Positions 59,012-64,000 of a stretch of DNA of 64,000 nucleotides are shown one piece after another; the first letter of the stretch is position 1; each line of letters opens with the position of its first letter. The notes beneath the pieces are model-generated. The model was not told the origin of the DNA and did no database searches. It was given only the letters and a program-made list of their open reading frames with translations. The position numbers were made by a program, and so were the translations under genes. Source of the DNA: Setoptus koraiensis (Eukaryota; Animalia; Arthropoda); NCBI GenBank assembly GCA_048013815.1, contig CM106586.1, positions 1,488,001 to 1,552,000 on the forward strand, read 5' to 3'.

Positions 59012-60985
59012 CTATCGATCTAGAGTTTTTATGTTTTTCCAGTTGTATTTTAACCATATTTCATACTCCTTGAAGTCGGATCTATTGATTCGGATCGATT
59101 TACCAGCCACCAAGTTCTGGTCGCAAGATAGTATTTTCTGGGTATCCTCAGGATTGTTTAAAATCAATCGTAGATTGTTCAGAGCTCTACCTGTTTTTTT
59201 CTGAGTGTACATTGCTAACACACGGTCATTTTCCAACTTTTTCAATCCAAATAATTGTTTCAACTCGCACACAGACCATTCGGGGGGCGTCTTCCTGATA
59301 GCAATCACAACATTGCCTTGTTTATGAGCTTTTTCCAGCCTTTCTCCGACGAACTCATTTCTCTCCTCTTCAGCTAAGCACTTCTTGAGAAGATCTTGCT
59401 CCATTTTAGATATTTTTGCTAAAATTTCTGATTTCGTGCCTCCTAATGAGGTCTTATTACTTTTAGATTGAGTTTGGAATGCCTTCGTGCATGGCTTCTT
59501 TATCACGGTTTCCTCTTTTTTCACTAAAGGCGGTTCAATTGATGGTTCTACTGTTGGCTTTACTACCTGTCTCACTAATAGTTCTACTATTGGCTCTACT
59601 GGCGGTTTAACTACTTGTTCGACTGGTGTTTTAGTCGTTGTCGTCGCTGATGCTGCCACGGATTTGTATGTTACCTCGTTAGGTCTGTTATTTACACTCG
59701 TGGTCGCCGAGGTTTTTTCCCTTTCATCGAGATCCGGTTTTGTCGGATCGAGTTTTATCAGATCAGGCTTCGTTAAGATGGTGGGCAAAATGAATCCGTT
59801 AAGAAGAGGCATGTTGCCCAATTGACCGAAAGGTGTTTTACTCGACCGGGTCAATATAGATCTACCACCATGAGTGAGTTTCGGTAATTTGGTAGGATCG
59901 AAACCAAAGATCTCACTAAATTTAACACCCAACTTCAGCATTCCTTTCGTAAACATTAGTATTTTTCCATCAATTATAGCTCGAGCTATAGTTTGCACTT
60001 TAAATTCGCCAAAATTGATTCTTCTCTCATGGAGTTTTCGTTTCACTCTCTCGTCGTCTAAAACTTCACCATGCTTACAAATAATAAAACATGAACCATT
60101 GGGTGAGGGCGCCCCTGGGCCCATGTGGGATATGTCCGACCTCACAAATAAACAATCCTCTGATAGAGGTCCGAATATATCTTCTAATGCATTATCTATT
60201 TCCTCAAATGTCACTTCTCTCCTATAGAGACAATCTAGATAAACCATAGCAACTTTGCATAGTTTACTCTGTGAGATCTTTTCAATAATGAGGCTTGCAA
60301 TGTTGAGGTCGACGGGGACTAATTTTTTCGGAATATATTGCGATGATATTTCTTCATTTTCTGTCTCATCCTCATTATTTGAGAACTCGTCAAGATCTTG
60401 TACGGGACTATTACTTTCTGGAGATAGAGACTTCAAGCTTCTCATACCGTTGTCCCTATAATATCCCTCTGGTGGAGGAGGAAATTCTGCCATGCATTTT
60501 CGATTGACCGACATAAAATCAACGAATGTGTGGTAGTTCATCTTTTCACAATAGATCCAAAATCTTTTACCATCAAGATCCCGAACTCCGATATCTCCTG
60601 TTCTTATGTGTTTGGCTCTTTTTTTCTTAACCACAAGCAACACCACCCCCTTTGAGACGATTTGATGCTTTTTGATGCAAGTGAAAATTTCATCCCAGAA
60701 GAATCTCACATCAGGAAAGACCGACTTGAAGAATGCAGGTGTTAGACTTTTGCTATATGCCTCACATTTTATTAAGAAGAAACAGAATTTAGAGGGCTTG
60801 AACTTTTTTGTAATGATTTGTAATCGTGACTCCGAGATTTTCTGAAGAAGAAAAGTGGAATCCTGGATGACGCTTACAATGGGATCACTAGCCATACTAT
60901 TCGTTGACATGTAGCATTCGTGTCCTGCTCGAATGGTTGAATGTTTAATAAATTTTAGAAGGTATATAGCAATATTTTGTAACAC
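59012..60985 (-). CDS. Orphan 657-aa protein; C-terminal coiled-coil + RRM-like module reminiscent of non-LTR retrotransposon ORF1p
   Basis: Uninterrupted 1974-nt ORF with three globular alpha/beta segments separated by acidic and Pro/Thr-rich linkers. The family assignment is by eye only. Confidence 0.6.
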   Translation of the reverse strand: MLQNIAIYLLKFIKHSTIRAGHECYMSTNSMASDPIVSVIQDSTFLLQKISESRLQIITKKFKPSKFCFFLIKCEAYSKSLTPAFFKSVFPDVRFFWDEIFTCIKKHQIVSKGVVLLVVKKKRAKHIRTGDIGVRDLDGKRFWIYCEKMNYHTFVDFMSVNRKCMAEFPPPPEGYYRDNGMRSLKSLSPESNSPVQDLDEFSNNEDETENEEISSQYIPKKLVPVDLNIASLIIEKISQSKLCKVAMVYLDCLYRREVTFEEIDNALEDIFGPLSEDCLFVRSDISHMGPGAPSPNGSCFIICKHGEVLDDERVKRKLHERRINFGEFKVQTIARAIIDGKILMFTKGMLKLGVKFSEIFGFDPTKLPKLTHGGRSILTRSSKTPFGQLGNMPLLNGFILPTILTKPDLIKLDPTKPDLDEREKTSATTSVNNRPNEVTYKSVAASATTTTKTPVEQVVKPPVEPIVELLVRQVVKPTVEPSIEPPLVKKEETVIKKPCTKAFQTQSKSNKTSLGGTKSEILAKISKMEQDLLKKCLAEEERNEFVGERLEKAHKQGNVVIAIRKTPPEWSVCELKQLFGLKKLENDRVLAMYTQKKTGRALNNLRLILNNPEDTQKILSCDQNLVAGKSIRINRSDFKEYEIWLKYNWKNIKTLDR

Positions 60986-61629
60986 GTTTATTAATATACT
61001 TGATGTTCCAACAATCGGTTGTTTGGTACAGAAATATCATAGGTGGGGCTTGTGTAAATGATTCTAATTTTGCTGGCCATGTCGATCACTATGGAAGTGA
61101 CGACGAATGTGTTAGAATAATAAAACAACGCAATAGTAATGTCAATATTAGTGACAATAAAAACAATAATGATAATGTTAGTGATAATATCTACAATGTA
61201 TCAGATCACATCTTTGTTATAAGTGGAGGAATATTTGAATAAGGAATGGCGCGGTAGTGGCACTGCTGCCTTTGTCTGACAATTCAAAGAAACTTCGCTG
61301 ACAAATCACAAGCTGAAAATTTGCAAAACTAACGCTGGCGGAATGTTGACGAACTCGTGTTAAAAGAGAAGATTTTTAAATGAACCGACAAAAATGCTAC
61401 ATTTTCCGAAAATTTTAGATTCGCTCACAAATTAAAGTGATTGCCACGTGCATCAGAAGAGCATTCCGAGAAACAACGTGGTAAAAGATGATAAACTAAT
61501 AGATGATGTGCATCTCTGAGTCATACATCATCTCGAAGAAGCGACAAGATACCGTTAGAGGTCAGTTGTTGATTGTATAAATATTTATTTCATAAAAATA
61601 ATAGTCACAATTTACTATATCAGAGAGTT

Positions 61630-63999
61630 TTAGATAATTTCAAAAGTTCTCTTCAACTCTATCATCAGTTGCCAATCGCTTTTTTGCAAGTCATCCCTAA
61701 AGTATTCTTTACACGCATCGATAGATTCACGTGAGATGTGTGAAACAAGTTGATCAGTTTCTTCGAAATGTCTTCCTATCATCTTGGGGGCGTCCCCACC
61801 ACAATTTTCAATTTTGATACAAATTTCCTCTCCTTTCCGCGCCGTTTCTTGCTCTTTGTGATTGGCTTGAATTGATGTCACTCTTCCTATTGCGACGGCT
61901 AATATTTCAAAATGAACAGATAATCGAACTTAATTAATCAATATCACTTGGGTCTCTGATAGTAAGTTGAAGCATACAGCGAGAGAAACAAAATACTTAC
62001 ATTTTGCAGGCACATAAAGAGGTGTTCCAGGTACAAGAACACCTTCCTCTACTATGACCCCAACAACGATTGGATCACGCTTATTGAAAATAAATTGAGG
62101 TAATATCTTCAACTTACATGGAAAGACTGCAATGTTGCGATACTGTTCTCTCTGCTTTCGTTTGACTTCTTCTATATGAGCATTAAATCTGTCAAACAAA
62201 TGATATATGATTTCAGCTTGAAATATTCTGATTCCTTGTTGGTCCGCTAATTCTTGGGCGTCACGCTCAACTTTGACATCAAACGCCAATATACATGCGA
62301 AATTTGGGGCATGCTCCAGCATAGTTGATATCTTCATAACATCTCTCCTGACGACTGGGCCTATTCGAACATTACTGTATGGTATTTTACTTTGTTTCAA
62401 GAACTCCAACAATGCTTCCAGTGAACCCAAAGTACTTGCTTGAACATATACACCTTTGTCGACGCATTTAATCTTTTTCATAGCGTTAGTGAATTCTGTC
62501 ATACACATTTTTTGTAACCTCTCTAATTCAGCATCGGTTCTAGCAACGTGCATTTGAAGACCAGCTATGGCTTTATCCAAGTCGTGACCTGTCACCTTGA
62601 CACCAATAGCGCCTTTAACTGTTTTCAATTCAGAATACTGAGCTTTGACTCTAAGTTCTCTAAGGGGATGAGGCACTAACAAGGCTCTTATGTTGGTGAC
62701 GATTGGGCCATCATAACCTGCTAGTATTACACGATCGCCTTCACTGAGAGTTCCATTGATTAATATCACATCGATAGTTGTTCCCAAGCCAGGTAGTGCT
62801 TTCACTTCGAAAACAGTCGCATCGAGGTCGTCAGGTCTGAATAATAGCTTCTTGGACAACTTTGTTTGGGAGTACCAGACAAGAAGATTTATAAGATTAC
62901 CCATTCCATCACCGGTAACAGCTGATGTTGGAACTAAAGACACATATGCTTTATAATCTGGATTTTCATAGTATAAGGCAGCATTTAGCCCCTGCTGGTT
63001 GAGTTGTAGTATGACATCTTTAGAACGTTGAAGAAATTCCCCTTTTGTAACTGCGGGTTGACTTTTCAAAAGATCTTCAACATCGCGCCTGGGATTGCTC
63101 TTGAAATCATAGAGACGGTCAATCTTGTTTAAGGCAACTAAAAAAGGAGTTTTTCTATCTTTTAGCAAATTAATTGATTCAACAGTTTGTTGCTCTAAAC
63201 CATGCATTATATCTATTACTAGAATTGCAATATCACAAAGGCTACTACCGCGCGATCTTAAATTAGTGAAAGATTCATGACCTGGCGTGTCGATAATGAG
63301 AAGACCTGGTAACTGCAACTTGTGCTTATCCTTTACACTCTTGGTTTGGTCTAAAATAGCAGTTTTTGGCACAAACGTGGCCCCAATCTGTTGAGTTATA
63401 CCACCTGCCTCATTATCTTGAACATGTGTCCGTCTAATGAAATCAAGCAATTTCGTTTTGCCTGTGTCTACGTGACCTAACACACATACAACAGGAGATC
63501 TGAGTTGATCTTTAGATTCATCTTCTTCGGGAACATCCTCTTGTTTGATGGATTCGGAATCTTCGTCCGAGCCACTTGATTGGTCATCATCATCTACAGA
63601 TTTTTGTCGATCTTTAATGCCATCTAGATCTATTTTATTAGTTCCTTCAGCTAGATCAGCCAATTGTTTCTTGTAGATCTCAATACTTTCTAAAGCACGT
63701 TTCCTGTCGGCTTTTTGTTTACTACTGATCAACCGGCCCTCTTTTTTCATTCGATCTTTACGTTCCTTTTCCTTTAATTTCTTTTTTGCTTTCTTTTCGG
63801 CTGCCAACCGTTCGGCCTCCTCTTGTCTCAGTCTCTCCTCTTCCTCCAATCGAATCCTCTCCTCTTCTTCACGTTTCAAACGTTCCTCTTCTTCATTTAG
63901 TTTGGCTTGTTGCTGCTTGATGAGACTAAGCATAGCCTTACTCGGTCCTCCCTTTTTCGGCGCATCCTTCTTCTTTTTGGGCGGTTGTTTTCCAGACAT
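61630..63999 (-). CDS. eIF5B: Translation initiation factor eIF5B (IF2): complement(join 62001-63999, 61630-61898), about 755 aa if ATG 63999 is the true start
   Basis: LRSPVVCVLGHVDTGKT, GGITQQIGAT, IIDTPGHESFTNLRSRGSSLCD, NKID, GVYVQASTLGSLEALL and a C-terminal DWQLMIELK.TFEII. A 102-nt GTAAGT...ATTAG intron. The start codon is at the window edge. Confidence 0.96.
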
Positions 64000-64000
64000 G

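Overview
Eukaryotic (arthropod) nuclear DNA, AT-rich and very intron-poor. It resembles a compact mite genome such as an eriophyoid's; this is inferred from gene content and intron loss, not proven. There are about 21 protein-coding genes. The left 27 kb holds a partial AdipoR/PAQR gene that the ORF track missed, an intronless convoluted/ALS-like LRR gene, an RNF180-like zinc-domain gene, and a 5-exon mab-21 gene inside about 16 kb of non-coding DNA. From 27.4 kb the genes are tightly packed: FAU, an orphan membrane protein, NAPE-PLD, fatty acyl-CoA reductase, PNO1, mRpL39, an intronless Ca-channel beta subunit, UXT, WRB/GET1, AP5B1-like, atlastin, LSM1, MyD88, PSMG1, an intronless Piwi, an orphan ORF1/RRM-like protein and eIF5B. 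Non-ORF features read directly from the sequence are a nuclear RNase P RNA gene with a TATA/PSE-like promoter and T-run terminator (about 46978-47364, minus), a young TA-flanked MITE with 170 bp of identical inverted repeat lying between the poly(A) signals of Piwi and the orphan gene, a disabled DNA-level copy of part of mab-21 exon 1 at 6316-6563, and a roughly 340-bp dispersed repeat pair. The most speculative lead is the Piwi / fold-back MITE / orphan RNA-binding-like gene cluster at 55.4-61.0 kb.
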